Shown: positions 1 to 11,441 of the stretch, one piece after another
How the letters are laid out: every line of letters begins with the position of its first letter
Position numbering within the stretch: the stretch's first letter is position 1
Assembly: GCA_001179505.1 (NCBI GenBank)
Contig: CDMY01000395.1
Location: 1 to 64,000 of the forward strand
Direction of reading: 5' to 3'
From: Vitrella brassicaformis CCMP3155
Taxonomy: Eukaryota > Protista > Chromerida
DNA: 64,000 nt
The notes under the pieces: model-generated
What the model saw: the letters and a program-made list of their open reading frames with translations, nothing else
The model's database searches: none
Told to the model about the DNA's origin: nothing
Made by a program: the position numbers and the translations under genes

Positions 1-76
1 GACAATGGCGCACACCTGATGTAGAGAGCGACAATGGCGCACACCTGATGTAGAGAGCGACAATGGCGCACACCTG
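1..76. repeat. 29-bp tandem repeat, about 2.6 copies, truncated by the window edge
   Basis: GACAATGGCGCACACCTGATGTAGAGAGC at 1-29 and 30-58, partial copy from 59; no spacers. Confidence 0.9.
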
Positions 77-263
77 GTAGAGTGGGATGGGGTTTCGGTC
101 GGTCCTTTCAGCTGAGGGTCTCGAAAGTCCTCCTCAACAATGAGCTTAGAGGGGGGTTTGGTTTCCTTGTCTTCTCCTCTCTCCACCCGTTACACAGCAA
201 TATACCCTAGCTCACAAGCTCGCAGTGGTTCGTCTTGCCAAGCTGGCAATCCTGACAGTGCAT

Positions 264-400
264 TCACGCTGGACCTGGTAGCTGAGGGCCAATAGGGAGG
301 CGATGAGGGTTGTGGTGTACGGTCGGTCTTGGGGGTCGCGGACGCGTCTCGATTTAACGCATAATGCATTCATGAGTTGCCAGACGCTCAAGCGACAGCC
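264..400 (+). repeat. Degenerate copy of the 3' end of the downstream gene (matches about 4121-4270)
   Basis: TCACGCTGGACCTGGTAGCT(G/A)AGGGCCAA(T/C)AGGGAGGCGATGAGGG is a 46-nt match with 2 mismatches, with weaker similarity beyond; the copy has TAG where the gene has CAG. Confidence 0.8.
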
Positions 401-986
401 TGCCTGTGGGTGAGCGTGGTGTGGGTGCATGGTGTCTCTCTCGACAGCGGTGCACCGAATGGATTGCACAGCCCATTACCTGTCAGGTGATGTGGTCGAG
501 TGTCTTGGCACACTTTGGCCATTCGTGCCGGGTAGTGTAGAACAAGAGGGATAGTACTGGTCTGAGACGCCACCCGGCGCTGTCGAGTCTTTTGCCCTTT
601 TTTGGCGATCCCCTCCTTTGAGCTCGCGGAGGAGAGGAAAAGAGAAGAGGAGGGAAAAAGGAAGGAAAAGAGAAGGAAAGAGAAGCGACCGAGCGAGAGG
701 GGAGGTGGGAGGGTACAAAAATCAGGAAAATGACGATTTCTGTCACTTGCAGCGCTGGGCTCTGCGGCCGCTGTGTGCTCAGGAGGTGGTCAGGAGTTCT
801 GCAGTTATCTGCAGTAGCGTTGGTTGGCTGCCCGTGCAGCACTCAAGGGCAGACGTAGGCATCCGCGGCTGAGGGCCTCACTCACTGGTGCACAGATATG
901 CAAGAAACAGCACCGGCCCGGGGTGACCATCCATGCGTTTTGTTTGTTGTCATGCAGACGAGGTCACTGAGCCGTAAGCTGCAGCT

Positions 987-3900
987 ATGCAGCAAGATGG
1001 CAACGACGGGCATGCCCGTCCGGTGCGTCACCATGAACCTCCTGATGCGGTGCACACCTATCTGGACGGCATGAGTGTACGTGTGTGGCTGGTGTGTATG
1101 TGTGTGCAGGAAGCGACTCGCGATGAGGGCCTCCGTCGGTTCCGGCGTGAGATGGATCGCATCGAAGAGCTCATCCATACACTAGAAGCGCAAGTGGGCG
1201 GGGTGAGGGGTGGTGTGTGTGTGTGTTCCGTATGTCACCCAGATCCATGATTCGTTATTGCTGCAGGTAGCTGGCAACGATGCCTCGCTGACGGGCCGCG
1301 ACCTGTCTGTGGTGGTGGGCCACGTGAGCCGTGGCGGCGGCTGTCTCAAGGAGGCCGTCGAGCATCTGAACAACATACACAACACCAACTCACTGCAGGG
1401 CGGAGTGGCAGAGGTACATATCACAGCTCACACACATTCCAGCTCACCTGTATCTCTGTGTGTGTTGTCTGAGCAACAGGGTGACTGTAGTGGTCGTGCG
1501 GAAGAGCTGGCCGTGGAGGGGACTCAGAAGGCGACTCATGAAACATCCGTATCGGTGTGTACTTTGAGAGCAGCCCGTCAGGCACCACCCTCTGCCCTCT
1601 AATCCTGTCTCTGTGTGTGTGTGCAGGTAGCTGGTGTGTCGGATAGCAAGCGAGCGCGTGTGGTGGATGGCTCGAGTTGTCGTCATGCGGCTGCTGCTGC
1701 TGCTGCTGCGGCTGCTGCTGGCGGTGACGGTGGTACGCACTAATTGAAACAGAAATGGACCAAATACCATAGATGCGCCCACTCGGACAGTCTGTTTGTC
1801 TGTTGTGTGTGCAGGTGGTGTGTCGAGTGGTCCCCAGCAAGACGGCCAGGGACACGACCAACAGCAGCAGCCTACGAAGGTCAGCCTCGACACACATCAA
1901 GCCGCTTATACGCACCCGTCACATCGTTCCGTTCGTCTATTGTGACATGTGTGTCAGGTTGTGGGTGGGCCGTCGCGTCTGTGTGGTCTGGAGGGCCCGC
2001 TGCTGTGTGACATAGCCTCGTGGCTGACCACCATCGAGGCCACTGTCCTCTGCCTCCTCAATAGGGGCATCAACGGCATAGCCGACTGCACGCCCAACCA
2101 CCACCCCAGCAGCGCCCAAGACGGCAGCAGCAAGGCCACGCCCTTCGGCATCTACCGCAACCTCACCATCGCTGAGGAGGAGGTCGAGACGTGGAGCAAC
2201 CTCGACCTGGCCACACAGACACGTCTGAGGGGCAAACTGGTGAGTGAGACCAACACCGTGCCGCTAACACCCATCCACACCACTCATATGTGGTTTCTGT
2301 CTGTCTGTCCGTTCGTCAGGGCAACGTCACGACAGCCCGCATCCCGTCATCCACGGGGCCATACGAGAAGCGCAACGCGAGTTGCCATTCCTTCGTAGCG
2401 ACATGTCTGGAGGCTGCCAAGGCATCCCTGAAACACCTCTACATCGGTGGCGACAGAGGCACCCGCCGTGCGCCGTGGTGTGCACCGCCCCCTGTGGCCT
2501 TCACGGCACTCACCAACCTGCACGTGGAACGCGACACGTGGATCGAATACTTCGGGTGAGTCAGGCTGACCATGCACACATATTCATGAGGGTCCCCTCA
2601 CTGTGCTGTTGGTCTCTACAGTGACGCCCACTGGACCTTCCCAGCCCTCGTCGACTGCCAAGGACTGAATGCCCCTGCGACGGGGATCGCTCCCAGGGCC
2701 GTCGCGGGCATCACCCAGATCGTAAGGTCATCCCCTCAGCTGACGACACTTGCGATAAAGGACATCAGCGATTGCGGCAGCCGCGACTTCATCGCCGCCC
2801 TCGGCCAGTACAGTCGCCTCAGCACCATCCGTGGGCTGCGCGTCACCAAAGAGGCGTTGAGGAATGGTCATATAGCTGACCTGCAAAGGTCCTTGGATGC
2901 CCAGTGGAGCAAACCGGAAATGCAAGGTCAGTAATAAGCAGAGGTGGATAGGGAGAGACCGAGTCGATGCACTGATGCCTTGTGGCCCGATCGTCCATCC
3001 ATCAGGAGTGAAGAAGACAATCGAGTTCGTGTATGGATGCCCCATCGACCACAACTTGGGCGACCTGACCCGCCCCCTGCGCGACTTCCTCGCGTGGGCC
3101 CGACGAGTCAGCGCCACGGTCGAGTGGCGGTCGGGCGCCTGCGTGACGGTCGACTGCAGCACGGAGCCCCTGAGTGCCACTGCCCCCATTGCCGTGCGTG
3201 GCCCTGTAGCCGATGCAGTCAAAGAGGTCGCCCAGAAAGCCAACCGCGTAAGTTAGATGGGGAACAAATGGGACAGACAAGGAACGAATCGCACGGTTTG
3301 TATGCATGCCATGGCTGCATTCCTTCAACTCAGATGTGGCTCTTCTGTGGCGGGTACCGTACCCCTCTGGACGAGTCGTGGAAGGACGTGCTCAACTTTC
3401 CCAACGTGACGCAGCTGTGGATCCGCCAATGCGTGCATGACGATCACCGTCAGAGCGCGGAGATCGTGTCGGACAGCATTCCCCCATTTATGACAGAGGT
3501 CGACGAGGACGGCAACAACGTCTGCTTTCCACGAATCGAGCACCTGGATCTCACGCTAGCCTACATCCTGGGCTCGCACCCCCCTGAGGGCGCCTGGCAT
3601 TTTTCTGCCGGCCCCAACAAGCTTAGCACACTGCTAGGCAGCCTGCGCCACGTCGGATCAGTCCAGTTCAGAACCTCTGACCTCTCTGTCTTGTCTGAGT
3701 GCCTGCCACTGCTGCCCACTGAGCGCATCGATGAGGTCAGCGTCGTTTTTTGCGACAACCTACGTGCGTTGCCTGATGCATGCCAACCACTCACACGCCC
3801 TGCCGTGACATCGCTGTGGTCTGATGATGATGATCTGATTGATCTCAGCAAAGATCAGGCCTTGTCGGTTATGAGTGTTGTGACCCACGTGCGACCGTCC

Positions 3901-4215
3901 AAAGCGCATCTGAGTCTGCACCTCCTTACCAGTGAGTTTGAGCTGGACGAGGAGGGGGCGTCAGATGAGGAGCAGATAGCCCATGCAGAGCAGGAGCTGC
4001 GTGCGTTGGCGTGTGAGTGCTTCGAGCGGGTGATGGCTTCATACTCACTCGACAGCCTCACTATCCAGTGTGACATGATCGAGGACGAGTGGGGGGAGAG
4101 CTTCCTCGGGTTTTGTGTACTCACGCTGGACCTGGTAGCTAAGGGCCAACAGGGAGGCGATGAGGGGGAAAGGGGGGTAGTGCTGCGCGTTCTTTTGGTG
4201 TACGGTCAGACTTGA
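987..4215 (+). CDS. Multi-exon hypothetical protein with an F-box-like segment and LRR-like C-terminal region (lineage-expanded type); start uncertain
   Basis: About 10 GT-AG introns splice in frame; segment GLEGPLLCDIASWLTTIEATVLCLLNRGI; LxxLxL-type repeats (FTALTNLHV, FPNVTQLWI, FPRIEHLDL); stop at 4213-4215. Confidence 0.7.
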
Positions 4216-4553
4216 AGCGTGTCGTTTTGATGCGTCATGGCCGTATGGACGCGCTCAAACGACAGCCTCAGGACGGCCTGCATGTGTAGATGTGAATATT
4301 GAGTGCCTGGATGTGGGTGCTCATGTCTAAATGTACATGAAGTGGATGGACAGCGCACAGCCCGCCCCACTACACACCTGACATTCGAGTCGACCTGTGT
4401 ACGTTTTGCCGACGGTTGCTTGATTAAACAAAGCGGGGCTGTCGTGTATGAGGCGGCAGTCATTTTACATCGATGCACGCACGGCCGAATCCATTGGTTC
4501 GACCGCTCGAATGATTGCGAGCTGTAGCTCGCGACGATTCCGGACTAGCGGTG

Positions 4554-7070
4554 ATGTTGCGGCGATTTTCTCTCTTAAGCGCCTCACGGCGGCCAGGGAA
4601 GCTGTTTCTGCTGGCCTCCATCAAGCAAACATGCCTTTCTCACACTTCAGCGCCACAACAGAGATCTTCCCGCCGGCTTCAGCAGCCCTTTCTTGACGCC
4701 ATGGAGCGGGCGGACTACATTCATGCGACCCAGAAGAGGCGGCCCAATTGCATGACCCTGCAAGAGAGGCGTTTCTCGTCTTCAACGACGCAGAGTCCGG
4801 CGGATGATGATGGAAGAGGCGAGGCAGATCCACCTCTCCCATCACAGAAAGGGCCACATGACGAGGATGCATCGCTGGATCGGTTCCGGGAGTCGCTGCG
4901 CGAGGCGTCGAGGCTGCTGCAGTGCGGTTTGGTGGAGCGGGAGGAGGTCTGTCTGGTGGTGCTGCTGGCACTGGTCACCGGGAGTCATCTGTTCCTGCTT
5001 GGCCCTCCTGGGACGGCAAAGAGCGAGATCGCAAGACGGCTGGCGAAGCTCTTGCAGGTGACACGAGCGCATGAGTGATCCATATGGGGCTCATGAACTG
5101 ATGGCTGCTCGTTCAGGGGAGGTTTTTCGAGCGTCTGTTGACCCCTTTCTCACTGCCCGAGGAGGTGTTCGGGCCCTACTCATTAAGCGCCATTGCTGAG
5201 GGCCGGTTCGAGCGGCTGACGGACAAGTATCTCCCAACCGCCGAGTTTGCTTTCCTGGATGAGATCTTCAAGGTCAGAAGAAACCGAGAACCGGTTCGTT
5301 CGTTGCATGTGGTGGATTTGTGTCATGCAGGCAAACAGTTCCATCCTCAACTCGCTCCTTACGATCCTCAACGAACGCGAGTTCGACAACGGCACAACGC
5401 GCATGCGGGTCAGAAAAGCAATGAAAGAGCAGGCAATGACCGAGGCGCATGGACAACCGGTCATTTCATCCCCATGTTATCATCAGGTCCCTCTGCGGAC
5501 TCTGATATCAGCGAGCAACGAGGTGCCGGTGACGGGCGAGCTGCGGGCCCTCAGCGACAGGTTCCTGCTGCGGTGCTATGTGGATAGTGTGAGTGTGGCT
5601 GGCTTCGAGGCGGTGGTAAGGGGGGCGGCCGAGAGCGAACGGCTCGAGGGAATCCACCACAAGTTCACTGCAGCTGAGACGCAGAGGTAGGCAGGCAGGG
5701 GGAAGATCGGAGGGTGGTTTAGGCTTGTGCACTTATCTCTCTCTCTCTCTCTCTCTCTCTCTTGCTCTTGTGGGTGTGCAGGTATCGCTCATTGGCCCTG
5801 TTGCGTGTGAATGGCCTGAATGAAGAAATAGTGGACGTCCTCAAGATGCTCCGACAGTTCCTCAAGGAGCAAGACATCCTCGTCTCCGACAGGAGGTGGC
5901 GTCAGATCGGCGAGCTGCTCAAGGTGGTGGCGTACACGTCGGGCCGCCTCGACGTCACACGAATCGACCTCTGCATGTTGAAGTACTGCTGCTGGGAGAC
6001 CATGGAGCAGGTGGCTGTGGTCGAGAAGTGGCTCATCGACAACTTCGCGGCACCCACATACCTGCAGCAGGGGGTCATCAAGGGTCTTGCCAGGAAGGTG
6101 TCGCAATGGCAGACCATCGCCAAGGATGGCCGCGACATGGTATGCCGTGGAAGTGGAGCCCCTCACGACGTGGACGTTTGACGTTGTGTGTTGTATTGTT
6201 TATTGATGCAGTTGACGTATGCGTCATCGATCCGGGAGTTGCTGGAGGAGCACTTTGACTTGGGCGAGCACGGCACGCAGCGACAACTCATCGAGCAGCA
6301 CCAGTGGCTGTCCCACGACATGAAAACCAAGGTACACGCACCGCACAGGCAGGCACGAGCCCAGACCACACCTAGACCAATTCCCTTCGCCTGGCTGCTG
6401 TCCCAGGCGCTGAAAGGTCTCCGGCAGGCAGCCTCGAGGTACAGCGATGCCGGCCTTTCTGACATCGCTCTCACTCTCGGCCAGTCCATCACTTTCGCCT
6501 CGCGCCCATACGCCGGCACGCCCACCAAACCCAATGTGGCATGCGTCCTCGTCGGCCCCTCCCACTGGCCAGTCAGCATCATCACCGCCACTTTGGATGA
6601 GCTACTCGAGGCGATGGCGACAGACGGTGGCAGGGAAGACAGCTGCGGGGTGCGTGAGCGTGTGCGCGAGAGGGGTTTGGACGGCAGGAGTGAGGGGTCT
6701 GTGTATGTGTCGGAGCTCTTTGATGAGTGGCAAGACATTCGGCGACTCCTGGGTAAGTCAGCCAGGCAAGGAAGCAACGTGCCATCTGTATTCAGTAGTG
6801 TGTGGGCTTCCCTTCTGTGTAGGTCCATCAGGTGTGGCTTTCCACGAAGGCATCCCATCATCTCCAGCCGAGGCGCGAGACATCCACGACTCGCTGGCGT
6901 CACTGCTTAGAGAGAAGGAAAACAATGCCGCCAAACGAGAGACGGACCAAGCGGCGGTGCTGTCAGACGATCCAGGCCGAGATGCCGCAGATGTGGAGAG
7001 GGAGCCAGTCCGTGAGGATTTGGCGTTCAGTGAGACGATGCGGCTGGACCATGCCTCCAACATTCCTTGA
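4554..7070 (+). CDS. RavA-like MoxR-family AAA+ ATPase with a mitochondrial-type presequence
   Basis: Walker [24 protein letters not shown], Walker [39 protein letters not shown]; 7 in-frame GT-AG introns; no acidic residue in the first 47 aa. Confidence 0.85.
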
Positions 7071-7593
7071 CGAGAACACTGCTGGTGCTGCAGCTGCTGG
7101 GTGGCCTTGGTGGGTGCTGTGTGTGTGCTTCCCTCTCGTCGTGTGTCTGGCTGCGTGACGGGCTTCGCGTCAGATGGCGGTTAGACTGGTCAGCCCTAGT
7201 CTAATTTCTGTTGGTGCCGGTGCCTTCATGCAAACAGACACAGCGAGAGAGAAGAACCGATGGATGGACAAGAAGAGGGCTGTGTGTGCATCTCAGATGG
7301 TGGGGCGGGCGGGGCGTGTCGGTGTGTACAGAGAGACAGACAGACAGACAGGGTGTCAGTGGGTCAGTCAGGCCACTTACTTACACGAGTGCGAGCAGAT
7401 GGGGGGAGACGGTGCTTGTACAGTCGTGGAATGGGCACACTTGCTCACGTCAATGTGACTGACTGACTGAATGCATCCACACTCTATCGTGTCCCTCACA
7501 ACCAACCACCACCCAGCACGCACCAAATGAATGACAGACAGACAGACAGACAGACAGGCCGGCAGTCAGTCAGTCAGTCTGGCGGTCACCGAC

Positions 7594-7965
7594 ATGCCGA
7601 GGCACGACATGCTTGTTCGACAATCACACAAACTTATGCAAGTCACGAGTAGTCGTGCGCATAAACTATTGCAGTAAGTACCATTAAGGATAGATAGGCG
7701 CGTGACACAGTTGCGTCTCAACCGTACAGCCCCAAACCAGAGGCTCTCAAGCTGCAGCAGGGAGGGCATTGTGTAAGTGCACACAGACACACACAGGGGT
7801 GCAGCTCCCTGTGTGTGCGTGGTGGGTGTGTCAGGCTGGACTCCTCCCTCAAGCTGCCGGGCTACGAGCGTCTGCGGGGCCTCCTGCAGGACAACGACAT
7901 TCCGGTCCTCTCCGCGATGGAACACGCCGACATGTGTGCCAAGTGCCAATGCATTCGTGGGTGGA
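7594..7965 (+). other. Orphan exon-like fragments with canonical introns (unannotated small gene, pseudogene or spliced ncRNA)
   Basis: GTAAGT donors at 7674 and 7773, CAG acceptors at 7729 and 7834; the best spliced frame gives ...SCSREGIVLDSSLKLPGYERLRGLLQDNDIPVLSAMEHADM but has no clear in-frame ATG. Confidence 0.3.
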
Positions 7966-8754
7966 TGGATGGACGGATGCGTTCAATGGTGTTCGAGGAA
8001 GGGTGGCTGACGTGAGACACTAACTCACGGACGAGATGACTGACATGCATGGCAAGGATGGTTGCAACGATGCGGTGCCGACACAGAGACAGAACGCACC
8101 AACCAGCCAACTAGGCAATCTGCCTCACGCCGAAGCGCGACGCGCCATTAATAACCGTTCCACAAGAACTGTACACACCCACACTACACACACGCAGCAC
8201 CATGCAGGCAGGCAGGCGTTGCCGTCGTGTGTTTGGTATGCCACCTTCGATGTGGGAAAGTAAGTGCCCACAGTGCCGTCAGGCACCTGCAATACACCAG
8301 GAGAGCCAGGTATTGATTGTGTTGTCTCTGTCTGCTTTGTGTTGCTTTGGTTGGTCGTCCCAGTGCATCGTGTGGGGCTGGGGCTGACTTGAGCAAAGTC
8401 ACGATCTCATGAATGCCCCAGGATGGTGATGGATGACGCAACTGCATCGATCGCATGTGTGAGCGCAGTGGATTGATTGATTGCACGTATGTATGCAGTA
8501 ATGTCGCTTCCCCACCTACGGCTACGTAGCCTACTGTCTACCGACCACAACTGAGTGCACACAGACAGACACTCACCCGCCCACCCACTCAGACTCACCC
8601 ATTTAGGCAGCTCGGTCTCTGGCCGCTGAAGCAGCACCACACCAACACGCGGACCGGCAAAAGGCCGCCGCCGCCAACACAAAGCTCTAAAACGCAGCCA
8701 GTGTGTCCCCTCCCCTGCCCTCCCCCAATGTCCCCCCCTCTAGTGGCTACATGG

Positions 8755-9321
8755 CTATGTGGCTGGTGCAGTCATCTTGTTGCCCATGTCGTATGCCATC
8801 CTCCTCCCCAGCTGTGTGAGCTGGACGCCCTCGTTGCAGAAGTGGCAGGCGAAGAGCAGCCAGTTGCGGGGCTGCACCATGTAGGCGAACCGCATGAACA
8901 GCATCGAGTACACGCACAGCACACCCGTCATACGAGCGCCTGCAAGAAGGTCAGTCAGTCATCACACCACAGGGCGCACGCAGGTGACAGCGGGGGAGGC
9001 GGAAACTGGTGTGTGTGTGTCTGCTTACTGATCACTTCTGGCGATTTGGTCATGTCATTGAGCCCCTGCGTCAACACACAGAGAGGTGACAATGCAGAGA
9101 TCTGTCGGCCCTCGGCACAGCCCGTACCGCGATAACAAATCCCCAGTTGGCGATGGGACCCCAAAAATGTGTGGTCATGCCTGACACACACGGGCATCCA
9201 TCAGATCTCATCAAGATCCCTCCCCGCGAGCGGTTCTGTTTCGCCGTCCTCACTTACCATATGTTTTGAAGTATTGTATGAAGTTGTTGAGCTGCGTCTT
9301 CACCGCGTTGCTGCCCGACAT
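8755..9321 (-). CDS. MPC1: Mitochondrial pyruvate carrier subunit 1
   Basis: 4 exons splice to MSGSNAVK...[64 protein letters not shown], the classic MPC1 motifs. Confidence 0.95.
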
Positions 9322-9647
9322 GCTCGGAGGAAAGAAGGCTCTGCCCTCCACCCTTCAGCTCGCACAATCCAAGCTCGCGTTTCCCTCTCGCTTTCCGTGG
9401 CTTTGCGGGCAGGTCGTGGATTCTGCGACACGTGCAGACAGCTTCTGGGTGCATTCGAAAGTCTGTTATTTTGCTGGATCCGGTTTTCGAGATTCTTCGC
9501 AACAGCCTGACCTGAGGAGGTACGCGGCAGTGACATGATGCAGCACGCACTGACAGAGTAGATACTGTGCATCAGGATGCCCGGCGCTTTTTCCTCTGGT
9601 TTATCAGATCTGAGCGCGGCGTGATTTGACGCGTAGCAGAGATCATC

Positions 9648-11441
9648 ATGTCGGCTGGAGGCGAGCATGGCGCGTCATCTAGGGAGCAGCAGCTGGAGCA
9701 GGAGCGGCAGATCGCGGCACTCAAGCAGCTGCAGGCTGACGCCGGCCTGGTGCCCAAGGCCAACGTGGATGCCAAGCTGGACTGGATGTATGAGGATCCT
9801 CGGGCTGCCAAGACGGAGGAGAGCACCGAGGATTTCCTGCTGGGCAAGAAGAAACCCGACGCTGAGGGCAAGGAGGACGTCGAGCGGGTCAAGCAGCTGT
9901 CGGCCTCGCAGGGAGGGGCGGTGGGCTCTCTGTTCCTCACGTCCCTCACCACGACCACAGAGGACACTCTCAGGAAGCTCCGTGAGGACCCGCTGCTGGT
10001 CATCAAGCAGGCCGAGATGCAGCAGCGGCAGAACGTTTTCAAGAACCCGTTGCTCCGCGAGCAGCTGCTGAGCAAGGATGACAAGGACAAGAGAAAGAAG
10101 GCCAAGAAGGAAAAGAAGAAGCAGAAGAAACGCGGCAGGGGGTCTTCGTCAGAGTCCGACGCTGACCGCAGGAAACACCGCAAGCGCGAGGCCAAAGACG
10201 AGGGCCACCCATCCTCCGTCAAGAGGGAGAGGGAGGAGGGAGACAGGCGGGAAGGAAAGGGGGGCTTCTCCATGCCTGAGGGCAAGTATCGTCTTGAGGA
10301 CACGCTGGACCTGATGCAGAACGACCCCGACATTCGTCGTGCGCGGGCCAAGTGGGACTCAGAGCGTGAGCGTCGGCGTGAGGAGCACTTCAACCTCGAG
10401 ATAGACCGGGAGAACAGAGGCAGGCGGGGCGGGGGGAGGGACAGGGAGAGGGAGGACGAACTCGATGACGATGACGACATATTCAGACGAGTAAGAAGCG
10501 GCGAGCCAAAACACACGCGGCCGACGATAGATTCGCCACCTGTGTTGTGTGTCTGTGTGGTGATTGAATGCAGAGGCGGGTGCGCGATGCCGAGGACGAA
10601 AGGGACAGGGAGAGGGAGACGGCACGTGAGCGGGACACACGCGACAGCTACGACCGCCGCAACCCACCACGAGACGAACGCAACGGCCGCCGATATGACC
10701 GTGAAGATAATGACGACTGGCGGTCATCTCGGAGGCCTCGAGATGACGACCGAGATCGATCTCGTGACGATCGGCGGCCGTCGCCGGTGCGTGTCAAGAG
10801 GGAGCCCGACAACGAGGAGAGGCGGTACGGCAGGAGCGGCAGCGACCGGCGCGACCAGAGAGACGACAGAGATCGAGATCTCGGACCTGACCCACGGGTG
10901 TTCCGAGGCCGGGATGAGGGGCCCGCTGGGCGGGACGGCATAGATCGACGTGACCGCGACAGGAGGGAGAGGGACAGAGACAGAGGTGGTGGGAGGATGA
11001 CGGCTGAGGAGAGGGAGAGGCGGCTGCGCGAGATGGAGGATGATGCGAAACGGTGAGCGGGCGAGGGCATTCCTGGTGTCATATTTATTGTGTTTGTTTA
11101 TGTAATTAATGTGTGCAGCCATGAGGTTGAGCGCCACAGCCGTCTGAGTGAGATGGAGAAGAAAGAGCAACAAGTCGAGAAAATCGAGAAGGAACGACGA
11201 GAGGCACAGGTAACATTTCAGACCCACCAATCCACCCATCCCTGCCGGCCGGCGGCCATGCATCTGCCCGTGTGTGCAGGCGGCTCGTTCGTCTGGTGAG
11301 GGGATGGGTTCTCGATACCTGGACAAGGTCAAGAAGAACGTCTACATGGAGAGCGGCATGAGCATGGAGGAAATCATCAAACGCAACGTGGCCCGCAGAC
11401 AGCGGCAGGGCGGGCAGGAGGACACACTCGAGCAAGACTGA
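9648..11441 (+). CDS. CWC25: Pre-mRNA splicing factor CWC25-like protein; apparent 1-nt frameshift near 11300
   Basis: KLDWMYED, EDFLLGK, KLREDPLLVIKQAE; RD/RE-rich middle; C-terminal ERERRLREMEDDAKR...RYLDKVKKNVYMESGMSMEEIIKRNVARRQR. Confidence 0.8.

Noticed and set aside
1-76. 29-bp repeats resembling a CRISPR array
   Set aside because: Copies are contiguous with no spacers, the context is eukaryotic, and there are no cas genes
9572-10516. 314-aa minus-strand Ser-rich ORF
   Set aside because: Antisense to the CWC25 K/R/E-rich exon
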